Virus record (IMG/VR): IMGVR_UViG_3300023047_000002 | DNA from: a virus | Lineage: Duplodnaviria > Caudoviricetes | DNA length: 64,000 bases | Direction: 5' to 3' (one strand) | Part shown: positions 52,339-63,798 of the stretch, piece after piece | Layout: every line of letters starts with the position of its first letter | Position numbering within the stretch: position 1 is the stretch's first letter | Notes under the pieces: generated by a model | Databases searched by the model: none | What the model saw: the letters and a program-made list of their open reading frames with translations, nothing else | Told to the model about the DNA's origin: nothing | Made by a program: the position numbers and the translations under genes

Positions 52339-55300
52339 TTAAAGTGATGGATATGCCCACCCGTTTCTCTCAAATAATTCAGCAACAGCTGTCTTTTGTT
52401 TGTTGGTTCCGTAAAACCAACCAATTACACGTACCACAAGGTCATCTATTTCAAGATACATGCTTCCATTACGCGGCAATCCTTGTGCAGGGTAAAATCC
52501 TGTTTCACCGTTTTTTAGAAGAACCTTGTTAATCCATCCACTGTTTCTGTCTGCAGGTGGTGTGTTGTTTACAGCTGCGTAAAAGTCTCCCCATGTAAGT
52601 TCTCCCCATAATGCTTTCATATCATCTGTCGGTGACATCAGCGTGTTGATGATTTTGTCTGTGTTTAAAAGACCGACACGTTGTGTTCGCATTACATGGT
52701 ATACATCAGTTGTCATTCCAAGATTGCGTAATAATGTTATGGCTTTTGCAGCATTTCCATAAATTGTTTCTTGAATTGATTTCGCTGGCAAACACATTTC
52801 ATTGCCTGACGCATCAGTAGTTATAACTTCAAGCATCAACATTTGTCTGTGAAGTTCGTTTGCTACCTGTGTGTCCCTTGATACAGTTTTGAGATTCTTC
52901 AATCTATCCATAAAGTCATTATAGAGTGCAAGTGTTTCATGGACATAGTCTCTTGATGCATAATTGTCTGCTTCTGGATTTTCCCAGTACTCCTCCAACC
53001 AGTTCCTTTTTCCAAGTGTCCATTTATTTTGTAAATAACGTCCGTCTGACAAGCATACGGCTATGGCATAATCGAGTTCCATGACATCTTTTATGTGATC
53101 CTCGTCAACACTGTTATCCAATGACAAGTCTTTATCGACAACATTCTTGTCAGACTCGAAACTTGAGTTTTTTCCATTTACTATGCGTGTGTTTGACCAA
53201 CGATCCTTTCCTGGATTGTTATTTGGCCATGCAAATCCTACTCCTTCTTCTTTAGGGTCTCTAAACGTATTATAAGACCCTAAAGTGCCATTATAGTGCA
53301 GATTGATTACTGTACTTTCGAGCCACCAGTTGAACTTTACTTTCATTATGAAATCGTCCCATTCAGGGCCAACAGGACCTTCTGTAACCAGTTTTAGTTC
53401 ACCTGGTTCGTACCATCCACTGCCTGTTTTTGTTAGAAGATTTTTGAACGTCATATCGTAATCTGTCTTATTTGAACCTTCTGCCACCATAACCCAATCC
53501 CTGGACGATTCACACTCCCCCCAAAATGCTGTGCCATCAATATCTCTGTTTTCGTAGTTATAGAATGTGACAAAGGTTCCAAGGTGGAACTCAAAGTGAC
53601 TACTAGATACAAGGTCATGCCATCTACTCAACCTGCTTTTCAAATTGCTATGCATGGTCTCCATCTCGTTTGCGTTTGGAATATCCATGGCATTAAAATC
53701 AACGCTGCTTGCATCACCTGAATTTACGTTCTCGATGAGAGTTAAATACGCACACTGCATAAGACGGAAGAGATACACAAGATTTGCAAAATATTTGTCT
53801 TCGCCGTTGTTTGTCGTTTTTTCATGGATTTCTTTTACATGATCTCCGTCAGTTCCATACGTTACTGCTTTTTCAACTATCGTTTTTGCCGAGTTTACTG
53901 CCTTTCCTGCCAAATCAGTACCTGAGTTATTCAGTGATTCACACAAGCCTCTTCCTATTGCTTTGAAGGCCAAGGTCAAAAATTGTAAGTGCGGATGAAT
54001 CAGTAACGGTTTATCACTAAACTTTGTCACAAGACACCCGTTCTCACACAATGGTGTTTTCTCAACAAGCGTCACTTTTGTTTCATTGATCAACCGCTCT
54101 AACTTGTTTGTTTTGAAAAAATCAAGTTTTATATTCTGAAAATATGGTCTAATGTCTTTCATATCTTCAAGAAATCCAAACAATGGGAATGGACCCTGAA
54201 CAGATTCAGCCAGTTTCTCTGTACCTTGAAGCATATTAAGTGCTTTTGAAAAGTGTTCGTAAGGGAACGGTACTTCTCGGTCAGGGAGTCCGAATAACCG
54301 ATAGAGGAAAAATCCAATTTCTTGTATTACTTCCTGAATTTCTTTTACAGCTGAGTCAAGAACAGTTCCATTTTTGCCAAAAATTAATGACGACTCAAAA
54401 GCCACAGGGCTTATCGTAGCCGTCGTTGTAAGGGTTGCCATCTTGACTGCCTTTAAAAGTGCCAACCATGAAGAATCTGTCGTGTCAACGTAGTCATTCC
54501 GTAAAGGGTATACGGTTTTGAATTTTTCGTAATTTTTAGAAAAGACTTCTTCAAACGTGTAGTTTGAATTCAAAATTCTTGGGTCTGTAAGTAAATGTTC
54601 ATCCAAGAAGTTCTTTTCTCCGAGCATTATTCCTGTAATTGTCTTATATCCATCACGGTATGTATACGCATACTCAAGGGCTGCTTCAAACATTATAAGA
54701 AATGACAGGGTACCTTCACTTCGTTTGTCTGCAAGGTAATATCGTTGCAGGTCGTTCATTTCAGAGTTCGTCATAGTGGATAAGTCTGCATCCAATGTAT
54801 CCATCTTGTCCACATTGTCTGAAATCATTTTCTTGAGTCTCTTAACCCACTCGCGCACTTCCTGAATATCCGCAATACGGAAATCAGAAGAAGACGCAAG
54901 TAAACTTTTAACAAAGTTTTTGTCCGGATTACCTGGAAGTTCCATATTTTCCGCCGCGTCCCCCAACACCACGGCTCCTGCTTGTTCATTTGGAAGCTCT
55001 TCATACTTTATTGCATATTTTTCATCTGACTTTACCTGTTTCAACGTAATATTTTCGTCAATCAGAAATGAAATGCTGCATTCTAGTTGCCCATAAGAGT
55101 ATTGCTCACTTGTTGTGTTCTGAATCTTACCTGATGCGGGTTGCGGCAATTCGTCGTTCCATGTCGTGTAAAGGTCGCCTTTGAAATTACACTGCACTGT
55201 GTTGATGTATCCCTCAAATGTCATACCTGGAAGGTATATCTGGCATCGCTTCGGTTCGACATGAAGGTCTGGGTATTGGTACGGTCTTGAGAAATTTTGT

Positions 55301-56781
55301 AGAATGTTTGAAATGTGCATTAAAGGAGTATCAGGATATTCCTGCTGATGAAGTGTAAACGACAAATTCAACGAACGTGCATTGTGGTTTGTGTAATAAA
55401 ACCCCATTGCATTCTGACCTGCAGGAGGTACAGGGTTCTGAATGTTTGCATTACTTGAAAAAGACCCTACGGTTTCAATGCGTGAATAAACACGAAATTC
55501 CTGTGCTTCTCCAAACGTCTTCATGTCAACCCCGACAGGAGGAATCTCTACAATCTTCAGACCGTATTCGTAGTACGTTGCATTTTTCGTATTGTCCAAA
55601 GGGTCTGAAGATATTTGACCATAACTGGCTAGTCTTATGGGTTCTCTGTCTAAGGATACACGCCATGTACGTTCAATTCCTGTCTTTTTGTCGGAAAGAA
55701 GTTCGTCAAAACGTCCACGGTCTAAGGCCCATTCGCCCTCAACGGAATCCATGTTCATGGTATCGATTCCAACACCATCATCATGGTTAAGTGTGTCATC
55801 AGTGTGTTCCTTAATGTCTTTTAAGTCGTTTGGTTCTTCTGCATGACACATATCAGAAGAAGACACAAAGCATTCGTTTGAAACAGGCAGCAGGATATCG
55901 TATTTCAGGTCATCACTTGTGAAAGGGACTTTTGATGTGCATACGTTATTTACCGCATCGTAATACCCACCAGCTTCTTCCACTTCTGTAGGTGTATTCA
56001 TTGTTGCATACAAATCCATTCCGCCAAGAGACTGTTGCATTTCAGCATAAGAATCACGTGCAGACTGTAATGCCTCCGTGGCATCCTCATTCTTTTCGCC
56101 GCTTGCGTCATAAATCTCATCGGAAATACAGACGTAAGCATCCGGAGATGTTCTGCTTTGAACATAGATACCGGATGCTTTCACATAGGAGGAAACCAAT
56201 GACATCATGTCATAATTTCCGTTTGCAGAATTGGTCACAGTGACCTTTTTGCTTGCACCGTCTACAGAAGTCATTCCTACCGCCACCTGTGAGGCAACGA
56301 TAGTCGAGACCTGTTCCTGCGAATCACCTGACGGAGCATAAAAGTTCTGAACCGAGCGTATTGTTGTGTCATCATATTTAGACTCACGCATCGTTGTCTC
56401 CTGGCTTTTGAATCCAGGAGACAACTTTAGAATTATCTTTTCACTAAGTCCTTCAAGATTCGCATCTTCTTTCGTACCGGGTAAAGTTGAGTACCCATTT
56501 TTTATAGCGTAAGCACACTCTTCAATGAACTGCTTAACAGACAATGTCCACATCTCATACGATTCATACTTGAATGTGTAATCAGTAAGGAATTGTCTGA
56601 ATATGTCAAGAGCTTGGTCTCGGTTTGTATAAGATACGGAATCTTTTACGATATTCTCAATCTCATTTTCAACCTTTCTGTACTGAAGTGACTTTGTGTC
56701 TATCCTGTAAGCTCGTTGAAAATCTGTGTTCTTGTTCTTGTACAAAGACGTTGTGTGCGTTTTATTTGATGTACCAGCCAT
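52339..56781 (-). CDS. large virion protein containing a tail-tube-initiator-like domain
   Basis: YTNHNARSLNLSFTL...RPYQY...P.RCQIYL...FEGYINTVQCNF resembles contractile-tail tube initiators; next to the LysM gene. Confidence 0.55.
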   Translation of the reverse strand: MAGTSNKTHTTSLYKNKNTDFQRAYRIDTKSLQYRKVENEIENIVKDSVSYTNRDQALDIFRQFLTDYTFKYESYEMWTLSVKQFIEECAYAIKNGYSTLPGTKEDANLEGLSEKIILKLSPGFKSQETTMRESKYDDTTIRSVQNFYAPSGDSQEQVSTIVASQVAVGMTSVDGASKKVTVTNSANGNYDMMSLVSSYVKASGIYVQSRTSPDAYVCISDEIYDASGEKNEDATEALQSARDSYAEMQQSLGGMDLYATMNTPTEVEEAGGYYDAVNNVCTSKVPFTSDDLKYDILLPVSNECFVSSSDMCHAEEPNDLKDIKEHTDDTLNHDDGVGIDTMNMDSVEGEWALDRGRFDELLSDKKTGIERTWRVSLDREPIRLASYGQISSDPLDNTKNATYYEYGLKIVEIPPVGVDMKTFGEAQEFRVYSRIETVGSFSSNANIQNPVPPAGQNAMGFYYTNHNARSLNLSFTLHQQEYPDTPLMHISNILQNFSRPYQYPDLHVEPKRCQIYLPGMTFEGYINTVQCNFKGDLYTTWNDELPQPASGKIQNTTSEQYSYGQLECSISFLIDENITLKQVKSDEKYAIKYEELPNEQAGAVVLGDAAENMELPGNPDKNFVKSLLASSSDFRIADIQEVREWVKRLKKMISDNVDKMDTLDADLSTMTNSEMNDLQRYYLADKRSEGTLSFLIMFEAALEYAYTYRDGYKTITGIMLGEKNFLDEHLLTDPRILNSNYTFEEVFSKNYEKFKTVYPLRNDYVDTTDSSWLALLKAVKMATLTTTATISPVAFESSLIFGKNGTVLDSAVKEIQEVIQEIGFFLYRLFGLPDREVPFPYEHFSKALNMLQGTEKLAESVQGPFPLFGFLEDMKDIRPYFQNIKLDFFKTNKLERLINETKVTLVEKTPLCENGCLVTKFSDKPLLIHPHLQFLTLAFKAIGRGLCESLNNSGTDLAGKAVNSAKTIVEKAVTYGTDGDHVKEIHEKTTNNGEDKYFANLVYLFRLMQCAYLTLIENVNSGDASSVDFNAMDIPNANEMETMHSNLKSRLSRWHDLVSSSHFEFHLGTFVTFYNYENRDIDGTAFWGECESSRDWVMVAEGSNKTDYDMTFKNLLTKTGSGWYEPGELKLVTEGPVGPEWDDFIMKVKFNWWLESTVINLHYNGTLGSYNTFRDPKEEGVGFAWPNNNPGKDRWSNTRIVNGKNSSFESDKNVVDKDLSLDNSVDEDHIKDVMELDYAIAVCLSDGRYLQNKWTLGKRNWLEEYWENPEADNYASRDYVHETLALYNDFMDRLKNLKTVSRDTQVANELHRQMLMLEVITTDASGNEMCLPAKSIQETIYGNAAKAITLLRNLGMTTDVYHVMRTQRVGLLNTDKIINTLMSPTDDMKALWGELTWGDFYAAVNNTPPADRNSGWINKVLLKNGETGFYPAQGLPRNGSMYLEIDDLVVRVIGWFYGTNKQKTAVAELFERNGWAYPSL

Positions 56782-56797
56782 GACGTTTCTCCTCGTG

Positions 56798-59700
56798 TTA
56801 GATTATGGTCATCGTGGTCGGATTGATTCTTTCTGGATAAATAAGAGAGGGTTCGGTTTCGTAGGGTCTGAAACTGGCATTTTTATAACAAGGTTCATAC
56901 ATAGTAGTAGAGTCGGTGATACCTAAGTTCAGAGTTTTAGTGAATGTCATGTATTTTATCTTGTTAAGTCTCACAGTTTCAGGTGACAACTTAATACCTG
57001 CTGTCAACTCAATAATTGGCCCAATTTCTATTGTAACAATAGTACTCTTGTAATAATCACGCAAACACTTGTGAATCACTTTAAGTGCATCGTTGTCCGA
57101 ATCTTGTGGAGGTTGAATGATACTTGGAACATCCAACTCTTCAGAACCTTCAGAAGAAATATACACATTTATAACACCATCCATCGCTTTCAGAACGATC
57201 AACCCTTCCGGGTTCTTTGGGTACAACGTTACTGGCTCTTCAGATGGTATAGATAAGCTGTCTGGTGTGATCTTATATACATAACCTCCACTAATTGTAA
57301 TTGGCTCGTCTTCTTGGATTATACGTGCCATCATGTAATGGATTTCTGTGTCGTCTATAAGATTGGTATTTTCCAGTGATTCAAAAGCCCCGGTAAGACC
57401 TGTCAAATCCTTGTTAAGGCTCAGGAACTTGTCATTCACAGGATTGTAAATTCCGAACTCAAGTATATCTACTTTCCACTCACCCATTTCCATGAAAGAT
57501 TTAAATGTTTGTTCTTTATTAGGTAAGAACCCAGGTATTGGACTTGCTCCATGTTTCTTTCTGAACTTTATAGCACTGTAAGCAAAGTTTCCGATAGTCC
57601 TGTAATATGGGATACCTAGAATAGAATTTGTGATTTCATTACTTTTGCTTTCAATGTTAATGGTATAGATGTAACCATGTTTAGGATACAGATCAAAAGA
57701 CTTACGTGGAAGCACTAATGACCCATCACTCAATTCAAGCATCTTAGCAAATTGGGATGAAGGATAAATTGTTATCCTTTCGCCGATGAGTGTTATTTTG
57801 TCTGAAGGGATCTGACAATAACTTTTATTTGAATCACTCACGCTTCTTACACTGTCAGAAATTTTCTGCATTAAGACCACGCCTTTTGAGTATTCATTTT
57901 CATCAAAAACTCCAACATCGGTAGGAAGTAGAGACATCATGCGGTACGTGCCTTTCTGTAACAACTTGTCACTGTGTCTGGAATACCAGTTGTTTTCCTC
58001 AGCATTGTAGCGTGCCATCCTGAATGGCAGACAACCCGACCATGTCCAGTTACTTACTACTACACTTTCGTTTACATCTACTTCAAGAGATTGTGTAATA
58101 TAAAGCGTATCATCAATTATACGTATAATTTCGTTTGAAAACTGTCTGTGTGGATTTGCAAGCACAATCCCACCAACAGGAACTTCTACAATGTGCGATT
58201 TGTCTTTCATCAACGAAGATATACCGCATAAATATTCCGGACAGTCTATGGTGTTCGCAACCAAGTGATTTGTCTGGACTTCTCCAAGACCATTGAAGTT
58301 CACGACCGTAGATGATGGATTTGACGGACTTACAGTCACAACCCCCTGAGAACCGACAATTTTCAATCCACCGTCATCAAGAGCCTCTTCTACATAGCAT
58401 AATCCAGTCGTGATTACTCTTACAATACCAAACGCTCTGTCCGCAAAGCCCAGACTTATCCAATTGAGAGAGTTCGCCATTACAGAAAATCTAAACTGGT
58501 TTGTTGTGACATTATTTCCTGATAGCTGTACGTTTGGAGATGTGTTCGCGTATGGGAAAATTAAAGCATCCAGGCCTGAAAGTTGAAGGTCAAGATTGCG
58601 TGGAGAGGTCTGGATGTACGTGCTAAACTTATCAAGAAAAGGAATCATAAGCAGTAAAAGTGCGAGGTATAAGAAACTCGGTTCGCTTACAAGCTGTTTA
58701 AAAATTTCAAGCACACTGCGAAATGCTTCGATGTAAATACCCTCCTGTAACAGAGATACGATTTTTCCTGTAGGGTCATACTCTCCTAATGCTGTGACAA
58801 TTTCTTCGTACTCTTGCTTGATAATCATCGCATCGTAAATAGAAGTGTCCAGTCCTGACACATGACCATGACGTTTAAGAAGGTCATCAAGATACACATC
58901 AAGAAGCTCACCACTAAACGGTGCGATAATCTCATAGAGTTTCTGTAAGGATTTTCCATCGGAACCTGCAAACCATCCTTCAATGATGTCAAACACTTGT
59001 TGATTCACTGTCGGAGTGAACACACCTTCCCACGGATATGTGCGATCGAGGCATTTTGAATAGTCACCGTACCCGTCAATATAATCCATCAAATAGTCAC
59101 GTCTGTACTTAGACACATTGATGTTTTTTGCAGCGTACACATCAAAAGGTAACAGTTCAGACAGTGTTTTGCCCATCCCCGTCCCTAAACGAGATATTAC
59201 AGAAAACACAATGACTCTTAGGTATTCATAAACACAGGTTCGTTTTATTGAACTGTTTATGGGAAAACTTAAGAACGTAAGTTTGTTTAGACGGATAATC
59301 AGATCATCGAGTGTTTGGCTTGCATATTGTGATGTACACCATTCATACAGTTCTGTAAGGTTCTTATCACCTGTGCTGTTAATGACGTCGTAAACCGGCA
59401 TGACATCAGGAACAATGTTTAACAGACTGTCCGGAATCGAATTTTCAGTCATAAGTCTGTAGATACGGCTTGCGTATGTCGTACCGTTAGTTATTGCCTG
59501 GTTATGATCGTCATTTTCACTTATTGTCCTGTTTTCAAGTAACATCATCAGAAGTAACTTGCTTCCGAAAGGAAGTGATCTTACGGGAACTCGGTGTGGA
59601 GAACTCGTGATGTCTCGTGCATTCAACTGTATTCCATCCGTTTTTGAAGCACCCATGTTAATGTAAAAGTTCTTATTGCCTAGGGATGCAGAAGTTTCCC

Positions 59701-60196
59701 ACCCTTCAGTACCACGTAAAGAAGAGAATAAAAGACCTGCATTGGCCTTGCTCATCATAACCTTTTCACCAAGACCGCTAAAGGTTTGTGTTGCAACGCC
59801 AAGCCCTGAGTAAGACTCACGACCTTCAGTCTGTTCAGGGTCTTCTGTCACAAGACGATTTTTTGCAAACAAACTCATCACAGGGAACTTTCCGCTGTCA
59901 GTGTACACATTACTGTCGCGATCTGTTTCCTGCTGTGTTCTCATATACCCTGAGTAAAATGGGTCTCTGTCAACCATCTGAATGGTGTCGTTAAAGCGTT
60001 TGTGACCACGAACAAGTTGGTTGTCTCCAATGTTTTTATCGTCTTTTGAATGAATCGTTATACGACGTTCCAACTCAAGGTCTATTGGGTTTGTGTCGAA
60101 CCCCTGTGTTCTGTCTCCGTTCTGTTTCGGTCGAATTAAGCTATTCTCTCTGTATCGGAGGCGTTTTGCAAAAAAGTTCTTCCCTCTCTTAGCCAT
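56798..60196 (-). CDS. large virion/baseplate-associated protein
   Basis: 1132 aa; contains the VPVGGIVLA...GTYR...LMQKI module shared with the fibre C-termini. Confidence 0.6.
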   Translation of the reverse strand: MAKRGKNFFAKRLRYRENSLIRPKQNGDRTQGFDTNPIDLELERRITIHSKDDKNIGDNQLVRGHKRFNDTIQMVDRDPFYSGYMRTQQETDRDSNVYTDSGKFPVMSLFAKNRLVTEDPEQTEGRESYSGLGVATQTFSGLGEKVMMSKANAGLLFSSLRGTEGWETSASLGNKNFYINMGASKTDGIQLNARDITSSPHRVPVRSLPFGSKLLLMMLLENRTISENDDHNQAITNGTTYASRIYRLMTENSIPDSLLNIVPDVMPVYDVINSTGDKNLTELYEWCTSQYASQTLDDLIIRLNKLTFLSFPINSSIKRTCVYEYLRVIVFSVISRLGTGMGKTLSELLPFDVYAAKNINVSKYRRDYLMDYIDGYGDYSKCLDRTYPWEGVFTPTVNQQVFDIIEGWFAGSDGKSLQKLYEIIAPFSGELLDVYLDDLLKRHGHVSGLDTSIYDAMIIKQEYEEIVTALGEYDPTGKIVSLLQEGIYIEAFRSVLEIFKQLVSEPSFLYLALLLLMIPFLDKFSTYIQTSPRNLDLQLSGLDALIFPYANTSPNVQLSGNNVTTNQFRFSVMANSLNWISLGFADRAFGIVRVITTGLCYVEEALDDGGLKIVGSQGVVTVSPSNPSSTVVNFNGLGEVQTNHLVANTIDCPEYLCGISSLMKDKSHIVEVPVGGIVLANPHRQFSNEIIRIIDDTLYITQSLEVDVNESVVVSNWTWSGCLPFRMARYNAEENNWYSRHSDKLLQKGTYRMMSLLPTDVGVFDENEYSKGVVLMQKISDSVRSVSDSNKSYCQIPSDKITLIGERITIYPSSQFAKMLELSDGSLVLPRKSFDLYPKHGYIYTINIESKSNEITNSILGIPYYRTIGNFAYSAIKFRKKHGASPIPGFLPNKEQTFKSFMEMGEWKVDILEFGIYNPVNDKFLSLNKDLTGLTGAFESLENTNLIDDTEIHYMMARIIQEDEPITISGGYVYKITPDSLSIPSEEPVTLYPKNPEGLIVLKAMDGVINVYISSEGSEELDVPSIIQPPQDSDNDALKVIHKCLRDYYKSTIVTIEIGPIIELTAGIKLSPETVRLNKIKYMTFTKTLNLGITDSTTMYEPCYKNASFRPYETEPSLIYPERINPTTMTII

Positions 60197-60361
60197 TGTG
60201 TCTTCTCCTGTTTACTGTTCGCTAAGCCCTTTAAGTCGCCTACTCCACAAATGTTTCGGCTTTATGATTGATAGGCTGTTAAGTATCAAATACGAAGCAA
60301 TTAAGCCGTTTGAAAGGTGAACGGCATTCACAATGACGACTGTATTTTGCCGGAGACTTTT

Positions 60362-60901
60362 ATGCTTGACCCTTACATCGCAACAATCATAATTATCGCA
60401 ATTATATTTCTTTTTGCATTTGTTCTTCCGATGCTAGATTCCATTAAATTCTTCAACAACTCAATATCGACAAGATGGAGTATCGTTGTCCTTTATATGG
60501 CATTGGGTATTGGATGCGTTGTTGATTTTGAGGGTCTGTCTGAAGATACGAGACATTTTGTTCTGCTTGGGTGTTTCGTCATTTCTATTCTTTATGTCGT
60601 GTTCATTTCTATTGAAAAGTGGTTCTCAAACAGATGGATTGGGAAGTTTGGTGTCACATTGCAGCATGGAAAAACCAAAGTCCATGCAGGAATTGGTTCT
60701 GATTCAGATGAAGCACTTAAAAAAGAATCTGTAATTAAAGGGTTGTTTAAAGGGAAATCACACAAGAATAAAAATGATGAACCGATGGAAGAACAAACAG
60801 ATGAAGACGTAATGGACGAAGCATCTTCATCTGACGAAGACCTTCAAGTTGAGGAAGAAATTTCCAACGGCGAAGATGGCAGTGAAGTTAAAGACGTTTA
60901 A
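60362..60901 (+). CDS. membrane protein with three TM helices and a charged C-tail (holin-like topology)
   Basis: Three hydrophobic segments; GGAG RBS. Confidence 0.6.
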   Translation: MLDPYIATIIIIAIIFLFAFVLPMLDSIKFFNNSISTRWSIVVLYMALGIGCVVDFEGLSEDTRHFVLLGCFVISILYVVFISIEKWFSNRWIGKFGVTLQHGKTKVHAGIGSDSDEALKKESVIKGLFKGKSHKNKNDEPMEEQTDEDVMDEASSSDEDLQVEEEISNGEDGSEVKDV

Positions 60902-60958
60902 CGTCAATACATAGTCAGGAAAGTGCACGACCTGTCTCTAACATATAGGAGCATTCGT

Positions 60959-63679
60959 ATGATCATACACAGCATCGTAAACGGTAAGCATAAACATGTG
61001 CGTAAGACTCTTGAAGCCAAAAGGTCAACAAAACTTTTGAAAAAGAAAGCTCACCTGTTGTTCCCGACTGACAACCTGCCAAATTTTATCTCGTTATCCG
61101 GTTCAGCAAATGTTGCTGATACCGCATTACAGATCGATTACAGTCATGGAAAGAAAACAAAAGGTGTAGGTGCTCTTCAAGAACTGAAGTCTTTTTTGAA
61201 GACGATTCCATCAAACACTTTTAAGGCATTTCTCGACCACATTTCTAAATTTTCTGGATCACGTGCATGGGACGAAATCATCTATATTCTGAGCGATATT
61301 CGAGATGGCAACCCTTCACCTGATGGAATCAGCAGTAATGATTGGCAATCCATCAGTTCTGCTCTGTCGCCGAATGTAGATGGTTTGATCGCTATTCTTC
61401 AAAATCTTGAGTCTTTCAGTTCAGAGCTTCCTCTACCGAAACTTCTTGATGATCTGTATAACGACAAAGAAAGCCAAAAGGATGCACAAGGAAATGAAAT
61501 CGGTATCATCAGTAAGATGAAAGGGATGATTGATTCCAGTGGCTCTGCACTAGCAAATACCTTGCAGAATGATATGGCAACTCTTCGGGAACCCCAATTG
61601 AATGATGACCTTAAATTGTTCTGGTCTGCGTTTTCTGCGAACGACAAACGATATCCTGATGGAACTAACGTAGAACAGCTCGAAGGGTTTAAAAATAGAC
61701 GTTACAGAATCATATGTGCTTTACCCGGCGGTATCGTTCTGGAACACATGAAAGGTGCGATAAATAATATCGCAGATATGCTCATAACGTCTGTTGATTT
61801 GGACAGCTCGTTGCAAAGAAAAGTCATCAGTGCAATCAATCGTTTCATTGCACAAGATTTCCAATGCAACAACTGCACGGAAGACACTCATGCTCTTGCG
61901 TATATCATTCAGGCTGTCGGTCATAACGATTCAAAGTACGATGAGGCTGACAGGATTACTGATGCAAATGACATGTTTGTGGTTGGTCGTGAATGCATTG
62001 GTTCCCTTATTACGGATGCAGACCACTTCGCCGGATTTGAGGGTGAGCAAAGCGGTGATGTTATTTTCTCAAGTAAACAGGCTATGGATGCAGTGTCACA
62101 GGCCCTTGAAGCGTTTTATGTCGCATACAATAACGTCAAGAATGCAATCATGGCAGACGAAAAGCGTTCAGAAAAAGATGCTCCAAAGGCTGTTGGATGC
62201 ATCGTAGATAACGGAGACACGTTGGAGCTTCGTTATTGCGGCAGACCTATGATTCCTAAGACGAAAGCCGATGGAAAACCTGAACAGGAAGTTGATTCGA
62301 CTGATTACCATCCTGTTAGCTTTGTTATCCCAAAAGGCGGAAGTTCCAAGTCGTTCTTACGAATGGCAAAAAAGATGACCAATGCTTTAAGCACACAGTT
62401 CCCTGAACAGTTCAGATACACAGAAACACTTGAAGACTTTAATGAACTTATTGTCGCGAATATTCGTCTTTATGGAAATTCTACCGAAGGAATTAACATT
62501 GAAGATGAACGAATCCAGAAAGAACTTAAACATTTTTCTGGATTTGCTCAGGAAGCAAAAGAGAAAATTCTCGGTGTTATGCACGAAGCTCTTGATGTCA
62601 CTGAGTTTACTGCATCGTATAATCGGGAAGATGACGTTACGTCTGCATACGTTATCATGTCAGACATTAACGATACTGTAACTAGAAGTAACCAAGGTAC
62701 AGGGTTTGTCATTGATTTCTCAACAGAGAGCAAGAAAAGTGGCGAAGTGAAAATGGTCATTGCAACTCCGTCAGGAGACACACGCGGTGTTTGGGAGAAA
62801 GCAATAGTTCCTTGTCACACGAAGTGTGAAGCAGAGGATGAAGAAGGAAAAACTGTTGAGTATGAAGCCGACTACGACCTTCATGTTGCTTGGTATGGTG
62901 GGAACAGAAAAGATAACAAGCAGTCAGAAGTTGTGTCTGCAAAGGGAAATACCGTTCTTCGTTGCTTAATGGCAGGAGCTGTCAAGAGTGCAGAAGACGG
63001 TGAAAATGCACTTCCTCAAGACCTGAAAACCTTAGTGCTTCAGAAACGTAATGAACTCAATGCTTCTCTCGAAAGAACAGAATACGTGATTGACATTGAT
63101 GATAAAGAGTCCATCTTGTCTGCACTGAACTCTGTTAAAGCCGCACTGTCTTTGTGGAGTGACTTTATTAACGATGCGATTAAAGTATGTTACGAAAATC
63201 TGGCGGGTCTTGCAGAGTACTTAAAGATTTCAAGCAAAGGTGAAATTCGTCGTTTCGTTCGCTTTACTGAGTTCGACAAGACAATGCACGCTCCAAGTCC
63301 AAATGACCGTATACAGGATTACGCAGCCGGTAAAGAGCAGACTCCGTATCAGCGTTTCCAGACCTCTAAAGGAAAGACAAATTATTCAGCGTCTACAGCT
63401 ACAGGTCTTTACTATGACCAAATTGCATCCATGCTTGGTACTAAAGGTATGAAAGAGATGCTCGGTGGTAAATCTTCTCGTGATTCTTTTGCTGAATTTA
63501 TCAAAGCAAACAAATTGAGAACTCCTGAAGCTGCACGTGATATGATGCTCAACGTCCCGTCGTTCTCTGACTTGGTTCCGAGTGACCAGGACGCTCTCGT
63601 CTCTTTGATTGCACAAGCATACCCTGCTATTGCAGAAGGTAGAAATCCTTTGTTGCATATCGACCGAAAGTACAACTAA
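60959..63679 (+). CDS. large hypothetical protein
   Basis: AGGAG RBS; ~906 aa; no motif recognised. Confidence 0.7.
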   Translation: MIIHSIVNGKHKHVRKTLEAKRSTKLLKKKAHLLFPTDNLPNFISLSGSANVADTALQIDYSHGKKTKGVGALQELKSFLKTIPSNTFKAFLDHISKFSGSRAWDEIIYILSDIRDGNPSPDGISSNDWQSISSALSPNVDGLIAILQNLESFSSELPLPKLLDDLYNDKESQKDAQGNEIGIISKMKGMIDSSGSALANTLQNDMATLREPQLNDDLKLFWSAFSANDKRYPDGTNVEQLEGFKNRRYRIICALPGGIVLEHMKGAINNIADMLITSVDLDSSLQRKVISAINRFIAQDFQCNNCTEDTHALAYIIQAVGHNDSKYDEADRITDANDMFVVGRECIGSLITDADHFAGFEGEQSGDVIFSSKQAMDAVSQALEAFYVAYNNVKNAIMADEKRSEKDAPKAVGCIVDNGDTLELRYCGRPMIPKTKADGKPEQEVDSTDYHPVSFVIPKGGSSKSFLRMAKKMTNALSTQFPEQFRYTETLEDFNELIVANIRLYGNSTEGINIEDERIQKELKHFSGFAQEAKEKILGVMHEALDVTEFTASYNREDDVTSAYVIMSDINDTVTRSNQGTGFVIDFSTESKKSGEVKMVIATPSGDTRGVWEKAIVPCHTKCEAEDEEGKTVEYEADYDLHVAWYGGNRKDNKQSEVVSAKGNTVLRCLMAGAVKSAEDGENALPQDLKTLVLQKRNELNASLERTEYVIDIDDKESILSALNSVKAALSLWSDFINDAIKVCYENLAGLAEYLKISSKGEIRRFVRFTEFDKTMHAPSPNDRIQDYAAGKEQTPYQRFQTSKGKTNYSASTATGLYYDQIASMLGTKGMKEMLGGKSSRDSFAEFIKANKLRTPEAARDMMLNVPSFSDLVPSDQDALVSLIAQAYPAIAEGRNPLLHIDRKYN

Positions 63680-63712
63680 CATAACATCTATGTCTGAATA
63701 CAGACAGCTTTT

Positions 63713-63770
63713 GGCTTCATGAAATTCTCATCTATCGAATTGTGTTAGGGGATTTTGTGGAGCCTTTTTT
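63713..63770 (+). terminator. probable terminator
   Basis: GGCTTCAT...GTGGAGCC followed by T6. Confidence 0.5.
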
Positions 63771-63798
63771 ATATGTTCACATCACATGAGGTTTTATT

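Noticed and set aside
552-63682. Numerous 60-150 aa ORFs antisense to or nested in long genes
   Set aside because: Shadow ORFs without an RBS or motifs, except the o-spanin and the chaperone partner reported above
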